Source: Chiloscyllium plagiosum (Eukaryota). From it: a stretch of 20,000 bases of DNA. The position numbers were made by a program, and so were the translations under genes. Below the pieces are notes generated by a model. It was given only the letters and a program-made list of their open reading frames with translations. It did not search any database and was not told the origin of the DNA. The stretch covers positions 5,979,998-5,999,997 of the forward strand of contig NC_057749.1 of assembly GCF_004010195.1 (NCBI RefSeq). The letters run 5' to 3'. Positions 1-8,933 of this stretch are shown piece by piece; positions within the stretch are counted from its first letter, which is position 1; each line of letters opens with the position of its first letter.

Positions 1-353
1 ACAACCAGAAGCATGAGGATGGGGCACCGATCAGCAATTGCCCCACCTCACATGCCCCAAGGCTGCCATCTTACAGTGACATCCCTTCCATGTTAAACCT
101 GGCACCTGATGAAATCCTTAGTATCATATGTTACTTTGAGGAAGGATACTTGAATCCCCTCTTTGTGAAGCTTTGCCCCTTTAAGATCACTCTCTACCTC
201 TTCTAGTGCTAGTGCATTTCAGGAAATTTCCACTATTAATGTAAGGGATCTGCTTCGAGACTACCATGATCTTGGAAAAACATTGCCTCCAAGATTGAGG
301 AAGATCTGTAGCCAGGCTATTTGCCACCAGAACTCAATCATCCGAATGGGTAG

Positions 354-396
354 GATTCCAAAGGGAATTATCGTATAGATTCCAAAGGGAATTATC
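354..396. repeat. 19-bp direct tandem duplication
   Basis: GATTCCAAAGGGAATTATC occurs at 354-372 and 378-396, separated by GTATA. Confidence 0.9.
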
Positions 397-543
397 AACT
401 TGCAAATACCATGAAGAACCTTAAAATGTCTTGGCTTTCCTGTATCTCCCATTATTTTCCATTCTCTGCCTGAGAGTAATTATTCTCTGAAAATCAGCAA
501 GTCATTGTGAGGTTTTTACTATGAACAGGATAAGTTTAGTGAT

Positions 544-871
544 TGTAACAAGGTCAGCCAGGCACACCTCATAGAACCAAAAACAGAAATTGCTGGAAAA
601 GCTCAGCAGGTCTGGCAGCATCAGTGACTAGAAATCGGAGTTAACACTTCGGGTCCGATGACCCTCAGAACTGGATCTCGTAGAAAATGAGTTTGCTCAT
701 TGGGTCTGTTAATCTGGTCCCATCATGGAGCCCTGGCTGACAGATATAAACAAGAGTGTCAGAGGTTCTGTTTACCCTGCAAGCAGGCTCTGAGGGACCA
801 AGACCAGTGTCAAGGACTCTCTAAGCGTCAATAAAGGGTGACTAGGTGATAGGATACTTGCCTCTGTGGAG
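544..871 (+). mobile_element. Probable solo LTR (3' end eroded), interrupted by a Penelope-type fragment
   Basis: Starts TGTAACA at 544, with TATAAA at 745-750 and AATAAA at 830-835 in LTR order. It is split at a duplicated site, CTCATAGAA (568-576) / CTCGTAGAA (677-685). No terminal CA or flanking TSD was found. Confidence 0.55.
577..676 (-). mobile_element. Penelope-type terminal-repeat fragment with a broken hammerhead core
   Basis: Shares GCTGGAAAAGC-CAGCAGGTC-GGCAGCATC with copies at 8796, 9743, 14398 and 17804. The minus strand reads CTGA-GGGTC-ATCG-GACCC-GAAG, so stem II is intact but the core is partly deleted. Flanked by an 8/9 TSD. Confidence 0.7.
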
Positions 872-1491
872 GAAGACCTTGAATCTCCCTCATTCTGAAG
901 AGGGATTTGAATGCTCTGCTATTGGTATCAATCTGATCCACACACTAGCCATCTCTTCAACTGAACTAACTGGGTCCCCACATATTACTTTGCAGCAATG
1001 ATAGGGTTCACCAAAAGAAACAAAAGAGACTAATCCCACAATATTAATAGTTCAACACGGATTAGCTTTTTCAATTGGAGGCCATGGTCATGGAAAATGG
1101 ATAGTGAACTAAATTTTTATCTGATAAACCTTGTTGGGAGCAGAGTAAAAGGTGCTTCATCTGGGGTCTTACTATAACACTGAACACCGGAGATGAGAAC
1201 CAGTCACATTTCCCAGCAGTGTAACAGATAGATAAAGGCTTGCTTCATTGAAAGATCATCATGATGACAGGCCTCAATTGTGATTACAATACAAATAAAG
1301 CAAGTAACTGTAATTCATAATATCGTTATAGATAATTATTAAAATCCATAATGTGACATGAAAATAAATGATAAAATTAGTGTTGCGCAGTGTGAACATG
1401 CAGGCAAATAATTATAGCACATTTCAAAATGCGTGCCTGAATTTACAGAATAAGATTGAAAGTTTTACTGACCTCTGCTTTTTGTATCCCA

Positions 1492-1673
1492 GATGTGGAG
1501 ATGCCGGTGTTGGACTGGGGTGGACAAATTCAGAAGTCACGTAACACCAGGTTATAATCTGGCAGATCTTCTGAAATCACAAGCTTTCAGAGCCTAGCCC
1601 CTTCATCAGTTTGGTGAAGGAGCAGCACTCCAAAAGATTGCAATTTGAAAAAACCTGTTAGACTATAACCTGG
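1492..1673. mobile_element. Fold-back Penelope-type terminal-repeat fragment (family B)
   Basis: Starts GATGTGGAGATGCCGGTGTTGGACTGGGG, like the copies at 11452 and 16350. ACCAGGTTATA on the left is mirrored by TATAACCTGGT on the right, with two hammerhead-like cores back to back in the centre. Confidence 0.7.
1581..1609 (-). ncRNA. Minimal type I hammerhead ribozyme core (putative)
   Basis: Minus strand: CUGAUGA-A-GGGGC-UAG-GCUCU-GAAA-GCUU. Stem II pairs with two G.U wobbles, and the palindromic AGCU stands in place of stem III. Confidence 0.55.
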
Positions 1674-2049
1674 TTTTGTATTAAGGTCTATAGATCATGT
1701 ATTTTCAGGTCAAACTCATTAAATTCACAATCAATTACATAAAATAGGAGTTTTATAAAGTAGGGGATTTTCACTGTCTGATAGTTGATTCGTTCTGTAT
1801 TTTACATACACAATGGTGTCTTTTGTCCAAAATTCCATTGTAGATTGAGAGACTAGTTGAAGGTGGGATTCAACGGATTTCTAGTGAAGCCCAAATAAAC
1901 ATTCTGCACTGGTGCAAAAATCTGGAGCAGTGAGAAAGAAGTAATTAAAATATTTCCATTTCTGAGATTCCCAATAGAGTGGTGAAGGAAGACATTTTGG
2001 GTAATTTGATTTCATGGAATTCCTTATCAGCTCAAGTGTAGTAGGACCT

Positions 2050-2155
2050 TTGTGCTGCCATGGTATTGTCACTACTTCTGGGCTGGGAGCCCTGGGCTCA
2101 AGTCCCACATACAGCAGAAGTATGTAAACGCAACTCTGAACAAGTTGTTTAGAAA
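2050..2155 (+). mobile_element. Short tRNA-derived SINE, degenerate
   Basis: B-box-like GGCTCAAGTCCC; similar to the copy at 4802-4895 (…AAGTCCC.C.TAC…). Confidence 0.45.
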
Positions 2156-4622
2156 GTATCGAGTCATACAGCATGGAAACAGACCCTTCAGTCAACTCAT
2201 CCTCACCGATCAGATGTCTCAAACTGGTCTAGTCCCCTTTGCCAGCATTTGGCCTGTACCCCTCTAAATCCTTCCCATTCATACACTCATCCAAATGCCT
2301 TTTAAATGCTTTAATTGTACCAGCCTCCACCATTTCCTCTGGCAGCTCATTCCATACACCCACCAGCCTCTGCCTAAAAAAACGTTGTCCCTTAGGTCCC
2401 TTTTAAATTTTTCTCCTCTCACCTTAAACCTATGCCCTTTCACTTTAAACCCATGGACTCCCTTACCCTGGGGAAAAGGCATTGGCTATTCATCCTACTC
2501 AAGCCCTTCATGATTTTATAAATCTCTATACAGTCATCTATCAGTCTTCTACACTCCAGGGAAAATAACCCCAGTCTATTCAGCTTCTTCCTTTCGCTCA
2601 AGCTCTCCAACATTCTTGTAAATCTTTTCTGAACCCTTTCAAGTTAAAATCTTTCCTGTAGCAGCGAGACCAGAATTGAATGCAGTATTCCAAACGTGGC
2701 CTCACCTGTGTCCTGTACAGTTACAACATGACGTTCAAACTCCTATACTTAATGCGCTGGCCAATGACGGCAGGTGTACCAAATGCCTTCTTCACCACCC
2801 TGTCCATCTGCAACTCCATTTTCAAGGTTAACTCTGTACCTGCACCCCTCGGTCTTTTTGTGCGGCCACACACCCCAGGGCCCTACCATTAATTATATCA
2901 GTCAGCCCTTGCCTTATCAAAATGCAACATCTCACATTTATCTAAATTAAATTCAGTCTGCCCCTCCTTGGCCAATTGGCCCATCTGATCAAGGTCCTGA
3001 CATAACCTTCTTTGCTTTCCATTATGTTATCTATCTTGGTATCATCTGCAAACTTACTAACCATACCTCCTATATTGTTATTGAAATCATTTATCTCTAT
3101 GATGAAAAGCAGTAGACCCAGCACCAATCCTTGCAACACATTGCTGGTCACAGGTCTCCAGTCTGAAAACGAACCCTCCATCACCACCACTGTCTCCTAC
3201 CTTCAAGCCAATTTTGTATCTAATTGGCTAGGTCTGCATTGATTCCATGTGATCTAACCTTGCCAACCAGTCTACCATGCGGAACCTTGTCAGAATCCTC
3301 TCCAACAACTTACTCACCACCGATGTAAAGCTTACCCACTGGTCTATAGTTCCCTAACTTTTCCATATAGCCTTTCTTAAACAATGGCACCACGTTAGCC
3401 AACCTCCCATCTTCTGGCTCCTCATCTATGGCCGTTGATGATACAAATATCTCAACAAGGGGACCAAACACCGCCACTAGCTTCCCACAAAGTTCTGGAG
3501 TACACCTAATCAGATTCCAGGGATTTATGTACCTTTATGCATTTTAAGATTGCCAGCACCTCCTCTTCTATAATATGGTCACTTATCAAGACATCACTAA
3601 TTATTTGACCAAGTTCCCTAGCTCCCATGTCCTTCTCTACGGTAAATACTGATGCAAAACATTTGTTTAGTATCTCACCTGTCTCCTGTGGTTCAACACA
3701 TAGATGGTCTCGTTGATTACTAAGGGGCCCTATCCTCCTGCTAGTTACTCTTTACCCTTAATGCATTTGTAGAATCTCTTTGGATACTCCTTAATCTTAT
3801 TTGCCAAAGTTATCGCATGTGCCCTTTTTGCCCTCCTGATTTCCCTCTTCGGTATACTCCTCCTGTCTTTATACCCTTCAGGGATCCACTCCATCCCAGC
3901 TGTCTTTACCTGCCGTATGCCTCCTTCTTTTTCTTGACCAGAGTCTCAATTTCTCTAGTTATGCAGCATTCCCTACGCCCACCAGCCTTGCCCTTCACCC
4001 GAACAGGAATATTCTGTGTCTGGACTCACGTTATCTCATTTTTAAAGGCCTCCTACTTTCCAACCATCCCTTAACCTGTAAATAGCCTCTCCCAGTCAGC
4101 TTTTGAAAGTTCTTGCCCAATACCATCAAAATTGCCCTTTCTCTAATTTAGAACTTTAACATTCAGATCAAGTCTATCCTTTTCCATAACTGTTTTAAAA
4201 CTAACTGAATTATGATTATTTGCCCCAAAGTGCTCCTCACGTGATACCTCCCCCACTTGCAGTAGCTCAGTGGTTAGCACTGTTGCCTCACAGCACCAGG
4301 GTCCCAGGTTTGATTCCAGCCTCAGGTGACTGTCTGTGTGGAATTTGCACATTCTCCCAGTGTCTCCATGGGTTTCCTCTGGATGCTCCGGTTTCCTCCC
4401 ACAGTCCAAAGATGTGCAGGTCAAGTGAATTGGCCATGCTAAATTGCCCGTAGTGTTCGGTGCATTAGTCAGAGGGAAATGGGTCTGGGTAGGTTGCTCT
4501 TCAGAGGGTCGGTGTGGACTGGTTGGGTCGAAGGGCCTGTTTCCACACTGTAGGGAATCTAATCTAATCTAATCATTTCCCAAGGTCAAGTTTTGCTCCT
4601 TCTCTAGTCGGTACAACCACAT
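2156..4622 (-). mobile_element. CR1-clade LINE, 5'-truncated, decayed ORF2 (end of APE endonuclease plus reverse transcriptase) and 3' UTR
   Basis: The ORF at 2942-3190(-) reads SDWRPVTSNVLQGLVLGLLLF...SKFADDTKI, i.e. decayed GVPQGSVLGP and (Y/F)ADD RT motifs. The frame at 4143-4258(-) (EEHFGANNHNSVSFKTVMEKDRLDLNVKVLN) matches the 19441+ copy. Stops, frameshifts and an apparent internal deletion near 3292 are present. Interrupted by a SINE at 4259-4574. Confidence 0.92.
4259..4574 (+). mobile_element. HE1/V-SINE-type tRNA-derived SINE, near full length, nested in CR1
   Basis: A box TAGCTCAGTGG at 4263-4273 and B box GGTTTGATTCC at 4307-4317. Central V-domain TCTGTGTGGAATTTGCACATTCTCCC...GGTTTCCTCCCACAGTCCAAAGATGTGCAGG and an (AATCT)n tail. 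Confidence 0.9.
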
Positions 4623-4771
4623 GAAATCATAGAATTACAGTGTGGAAGCAAGCCATTCAACCCATTAACTCTGCGCCAACCCCCCGAAGATCATCCCAAC
4701 TAGACCCTCCTCTATGCCCTATTTTGGTAACCCTGCACTTCCAATGGTTAATCTACCTAACCCATGTTCCC
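4623..4771 (-). mobile_element. HE1-type SINE 3' fragment
   Basis: ACAGTGTGGAAGCAAGCCATTCAACCC is the reverse complement of the SINE tail GGG…GAAGGGCCTGTTTCCACACTGT. Confidence 0.7.
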
Positions 4772-4801
4772 CAATATCTATAAATACAAGTGTAAAGTTC
4801 T

Positions 4802-4895
4802 TGTGGTATAATAGTAGTGTCCCTGCCTTTGAACCAGGAGACCTGCGGTTAAGTCCCGCCTACTCCAGGGGTGCGTACTAGTACATTGATTAAAA
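4802..4895 (+). mobile_element. Short tRNA-derived SINE, degenerate
   Basis: A-box-like TGGTATAATAGTAG and B-box-like GGTTAAGTCCC; related to 2050-2155. Confidence 0.5.
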
Positions 4896-5325
4896 GAAAA
4901 TAGTTTCTCTAATGGGGTACAGTACTAGGGAGGGTTACCTTAAAGTTAGAGTTTAGCAACAGAATCTGTATAACTAATGAACAGTGTGGACAATGGCAGG
5001 AAACTTTGGAAAATTAGATAAGATGTCCAGCAAATGCCCATTTTCTAACCAAGTGTTGAACATTAAGAGGAGTGGTGAAGAATCGAAGGAGATGAGCCTG
5101 TGTGGGACAGTTGTTAGTACTGGCACAGTTGCAGGGATGATAGTGAGGTGTTGTGAGTGAATGAGAAGGCAGTACAGAAGGCATGCAGCATTAGTAAGGT
5201 GGAGGAATTGGGATGGGCAAGAGCAGGTGGGGGGTCGGCACCGTATGAGCCTTTGGTGGGAGATGGGTGCAGTAACAGAGTTAGATTGAGTGTGAGGCAA
5301 TGGAGAGAAGAGGGTGGCACTTTGC

Positions 5326-5520
5326 CTGGCAGAGTGAAGGAGATAGTTACTTCTTACATACCTGGGAATTCCTCCAGATGATAGAGAGTAGGTGGCATCC
5401 TTGGAGCAGGCCGGCAGGGTATGGTACTGAAGTAAGAGGATGCCCCCTACTCTGCACCATTTCAGGATCTCCAGTTCCCCGCCCGAAAAGCAGGATAACC
5501 ATTTCTCCTCATCTACCATG
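5326..5520 (-). pseudogene. Decayed Myb/SANT-like exon, probably from a PIF/Harbinger transposon
   Basis: The minus frame reads MVDEEKWLSCFSGGELEIL...VRSNYLLHSAR, resembling the F-S-x-x-E-L-E-x-L start and N-D-L-L-x-S-A-R end of Harbinger Myb/SANT exon 1. This is recognition from memory and is parallel to 13030-13240. Confidence 0.4.
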
Positions 5521-5609
5521 ACAGGGACAAATGAATCAAACTGTACAGGGCAGCACCTGATTGACAACACTTGACTGGGACATGAACTTTTAACTGTGGC
5601 ATCCCAGAA

Positions 5610-6063
5610 TCCCCTGATTCCTAAGATGGCAGGACTGATGTACAAACAGAGACTGGATCGGGCAGGACTATATTCACTGGCATTTAGAAGAATTGCATAA
5701 AAGCCTATCAAATTCCGACAGGACTAGACAGAGTAAATGCCAGAAGGATGTTTCCAATGACTGGGAAGCCCAGAAGCAGGATCACAGTCTAAAGATATGG
5801 GCCAGGCTGTTTCGAACTGAAACTTCTTCACCCTAGGAGTGGGGAGCCTGTGGAATTCTCTGCCATGAAAAGTGTTTGAGGCCAAAATATTGAATGTTTT
5901 CAAGAAGGAGTTAGATATAATTCTTAGGTCGAAAGGGATCAAAGGATGTGGGGAGAAAGCAGGATAAAGGTACTGAGTTGGATGATCAGCCACAATCATA
6001 TTGAATGGGGGAGCAGGCTCAAATGGCTGAATGGCATACTCCTGCTCTTTTTTGCTGTTTCTC
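5610..6063 (+). mobile_element. CR1 LINE 3' fragment
   Basis: Typical CR1 ORF2 end and 3' UTR: TTCTTCACCCTAGGAGTGGGGAGCCTGTGGAATTCTCTGCC...GAGCAGGCTCAAATGGCTGAATGGCATACTCCTGCTC. Confidence 0.85.
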
Positions 6064-6789
6064 TGAGACATCGCTAGCACATGGATCTGAGCTCCTTTGC
6101 CACTTTCCTGCTAAAGAACAGGCAAGATAACTTTGTGCAAGGGTATTATAATGTTACAGATGGAATGATTTCACCCCTGAAGCACCAATAATATGAAGGT
6201 TGCAGTGGGAACTGTAAACAGAGATGGAGACTTGATGTGCAATGCCTGGCAACCAAATGAGCCAGTGACTAACGCAGTCAGATTGTTAAGTCAATCCATG
6301 TCATTTTTTTTTTCTGCTCAGGAGCTCAGACCTGGCACACGCGGTGATAATCACAGAGCCTGAAATATAAATGTCAATCCATTTGATATTGACATCTTTG
6401 TCGTTTGCAGCAGAACTGCACAAAATCTGGCGTGGCAACTCCTCCTACCTAATTATGGTACTTTACTACAACCGATTCATGGATTCAGCCTTATCAGCAG
6501 CTCTCCGTGCCTGCTTCCTCAGAACAAAGAACACTGATGGTTAGGAGGTGCAGGGCCACAGTTCAGAGAGTCTCAATGGAACACCTTCCTGTGAGAGGAC
6601 TGGCCATCACCAGAAGCAAAAGCAAATATGGCCGTTCTGAAACGGTTTGCTGAAAATATCATCAACGTCAATTTTGGGAAGATTGTCAGTGACCAGTGAG
6701 GAACTGCAATGTTCAAAGTTTGGCAGATACCACTTAACAAGAGCTTTATATATCACCGTTCAGAACCTCCTGAAATCTCCGATTGCTTT

Positions 6790-7113
6790 GAGCCATGCAG
6801 CACAGAAACAGACCCTTCAGTCCCACCAGTCCATGCTGACCATAATGCCAAACTGAACTAGTCCCAACTGCCTGTGCTTGAGCCATATCACTGCAAACAT
6901 TTCCGATTCATCTAAATGTCTTTTAAACATTGTAACTGTACCCTCATCCACTCCTCTAGAAGTTCATTTCACACACGAACCACTTTCAGTTTAAAAGAAA
7001 TTGCCCCTCATCTTTTTTAAATCTTTCTCCTCTCACCTTAAAAATATGCCCCCCACCTTGAAATTCCCCCAGCCGAGGGAATAGACACCTGTCATTCACC
7101 TTATCTATACCTC
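6790..7113 (-). mobile_element. CR1 LINE 3' fragment
   Basis: Closely parallels 2161-2510 (CAGCA..GAAACAGACCCTTCAGTC...TTTCTCCTCTCACCTTAAA). Confidence 0.85.
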
Positions 7114-7164
7114 TGCTTTAAAGCGATTTTAAACTGTAATCACTGTTGCAATTTAGAAATGTAA

Positions 7165-7468
7165 TTGAATCCCTACAGTGTAGATGCAGGCCATTCGGCT
7201 CATACCAATCATCCTGTGGGCATCCCACCCAGACCCAGCTCCCTACCTCATCCACATAACCCAGGACTTACCCTGGCCAATCCACCCAACCTACACATCC
7301 CTGGACACTATGGGGCAATTTAGCATGGCCAATCTATTTAACCTGCGCATCTTTGGACTGTGGTAGCAAACGTGTGCAGGCATGGGAGGAGAATGTGCAA
7401 ACTCCACACAGTCACCCAAGGATGGTATTGAACCCGGATCCCTGGCGCTGTGAACCACCATACCACCT
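7165..7468 (-). mobile_element. HE1/V-SINE-type SINE
   Basis: Reverse complement of the V-domain (AGAATGTGCAAACTCCACACAG, CATCTTTGGACTGTGG), of the B box (GGTATTGAACCC) and of the tail (GAATCCCTACAGTGT). Confidence 0.85.
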
Positions 7469-7517
7469 TAAGTGATGATAGGTCCATGATCACAATTACA
7501 GAGACAAACTTTACATC

Positions 7518-7560
7518 TCAGCTGCTAATTTGTGCACAGCAAGCTCCCACGTGCAGTAAT
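7518..7560 (-). mobile_element. Deu-domain SINE fragment
   Basis: GCTGCTAATTTGTGCACAGCAAGCTCCCAC is the reverse complement of the GTGGGAGCTTGCTGTGCGCAAATTGGCTGC segment I recall from Deu-SINEs. Confidence 0.55.
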
Positions 7561-7699
7561 ATTTTAATTGTAAAGATAGGATTTAATGAATTGGAATATA
7601 AACCTCAGAGGTATGCTGTGATGTGACTGACCTTAGTAGTCATGCGTTCGTACTCTGCTGGAAGGTTGGAACAAGTACAGCACACAGCATGCTACTCTC

Positions 7700-8421
7700 T
7701 GTCTTTTCCATCATGTACAGACTGTAAAGAAACATAATTTCAAAGTGACCCAAAGTGCTGGCCTGAGCTTGCACAAAGATTCAAAGACCCCCCTGCCGAG
7801 ATAATAATAATCAAGTTATTTGTATTTTCTTTTGTAATGAGTTTGTTGAGGGATAAATATTGACCAGGAAACCAGGGAAATAATGCCAGGTCATATTTCA
7901 AATCCATCTGACGGATTCGGAGGGGCCTCGAAAAGGCAACACCTACAACTGGGCGGGATGGGACCATTTGCCACAGCAGGTTCGCCGCAGCCGATTAGCC
8001 ACTGCCCTTTCACCTCCAAGGACGCTTAGCCACCGCCCATTGGCCACTGAAGACGATTCACCACCGTAAGCCTTTGTAACTCTTTTTTATATATAAACCA
8101 ATAAAATGATATTTATTTTACCTTTTTTTATCAATATGTAGTATGTAGTTGTATAAATAAAGGGGACTGAGAAGTATGAAAGAACAGGCGGGAGGGAAAA
8201 CAATCAGTACATATATATATTTCTGGTGGCAAATAGTCTCCCAGAGGTCAAACGACCCCGGTGGAGAAACGCTGGTGGTCAACCGGCAGTGGCTAATCAG
8301 CAGCGGCGAATGTGCCGCGGTGAATCATCACCAACCCACAACTGGGACAGTGCTGCATTGGAGTGTCAGCCGAGAATTTGTGCACAATTTGTTTGAACCC
8401 CAAGGCCTTCTGGTTCAGAGG
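7700..8421 (-). mobile_element. Ancient Deu-domain SINE (SacSINE1/AmnSINE-like), interrupted by a MITE
   Basis: GTTGAGGGATAAATATTGACCAGG (~7845-7868), GGGGCCTCG, and CAGTGCTGCATTGGAGTGTCAGCC (~8348-8371) match the reverse complement of Deu-domain segments (recalled). The homology resumes after the 7954-8337 insertion. Confidence 0.65.
7954..8337. mobile_element. Non-autonomous DNA transposon (MITE), Mutator/MULE-like or hAT-like
   Basis: Flanked by the direct repeat ACAACTGGG (7945-7953, 8338-8346). Imperfect TIRs of ~110 bp: left ...TTCGCCGCAGCCGATTAGCCACTGCC versus reverse-complemented right ...TTCGCCGCTGCTGATTAGCCACTGCC. The core is AT-rich and non-coding. Confidence 0.85.
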
Positions 8422-8795
8422 TTAATTTGTTTCAAATCAGCTGTTTAAGAGCTGAAAACAGAAAGCAATTGTCTGTGAATATCGTCCTGAGAACATGGTG
8501 CTCAACCGGCTTCTTGAGCTGGTGTACTTTGTTACACCTCAGAACATCTTAATCCTGCTATAATTTACTGTGCTATCCAAACTTAACCATATTTATTCTC
8601 ATCTGGAAAAGAAAGCAAAAGCTATTCTTTGCAGCCTTAGGAATGATGCTGTGAGGTCATAATTTTGGGACAACATCTACCTATTACAAAAATCTGCTGT
8701 AGCACATAAACGTTTTTTCAAAAATATACTTTATTTCTCTTTGTATATCTAAATTGTGACAAAAGCAGTTCAGTTCAGTACAGTTGCACATCAAG

Positions 8796-8933
8796 GAGAA
8801 AGTGAGGACTGCAGATGCTGGAGATCAGAGCTGAAAATGCGTTGCTGGAAAAGCGCAGCAGGTCAGGCAACATCCAAGGAGCAGGAGAATCGACGTTTCG
8901 GGCCTGAGCCCTTCTTCAGGAATGAGGAAAGTG
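8796..8933 (-). mobile_element. Penelope-type terminal-repeat fragment (family A), nested in the Tx1 3' UTR
   Basis: Perfect 11-bp TSD TGCACATCAAG (8785-8795, 8934-8944); homologous to the copies at 9743, 14398 and 17804; contains a hammerhead core. Confidence 0.85.
8892..8919 (-). ncRNA. Minimal type I hammerhead ribozyme core (best preserved copy)
   Basis: Minus strand: CUGAAGA-A-GGGC-UCAG-GCCC-GAAAC-GUC. All catalytic boxes and a GUC triplet are present, with the palindromic ACGU as a minimal stem III. Stem I is very short (UC/GA). Confidence 0.7.

Noticed and set aside
1480..1681. TTTTGTAT repeat as the TSD of the 1492-1673 element
   Set aside because: The sequence is low complexity and the left copy does not abut the element start.
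4259..4330. tRNA gene
   Set aside because: The A and B boxes belong to a SINE head that continues into the V-domain; there is no acceptor stem or Pol III terminator.
4974..5711. 245-aa ORF as a host gene
   Set aside because: It starts in the antisense of a CR1 fragment, runs through a decayed transposon remnant, and has no coherent domain or splice structure.
7966..8064. CRISPR-like or iteron-like array
   Set aside because: The repeats are degenerate 9-mers with 5-8 nt spacers, mirrored at the other end of a MITE in eukaryotic DNA.
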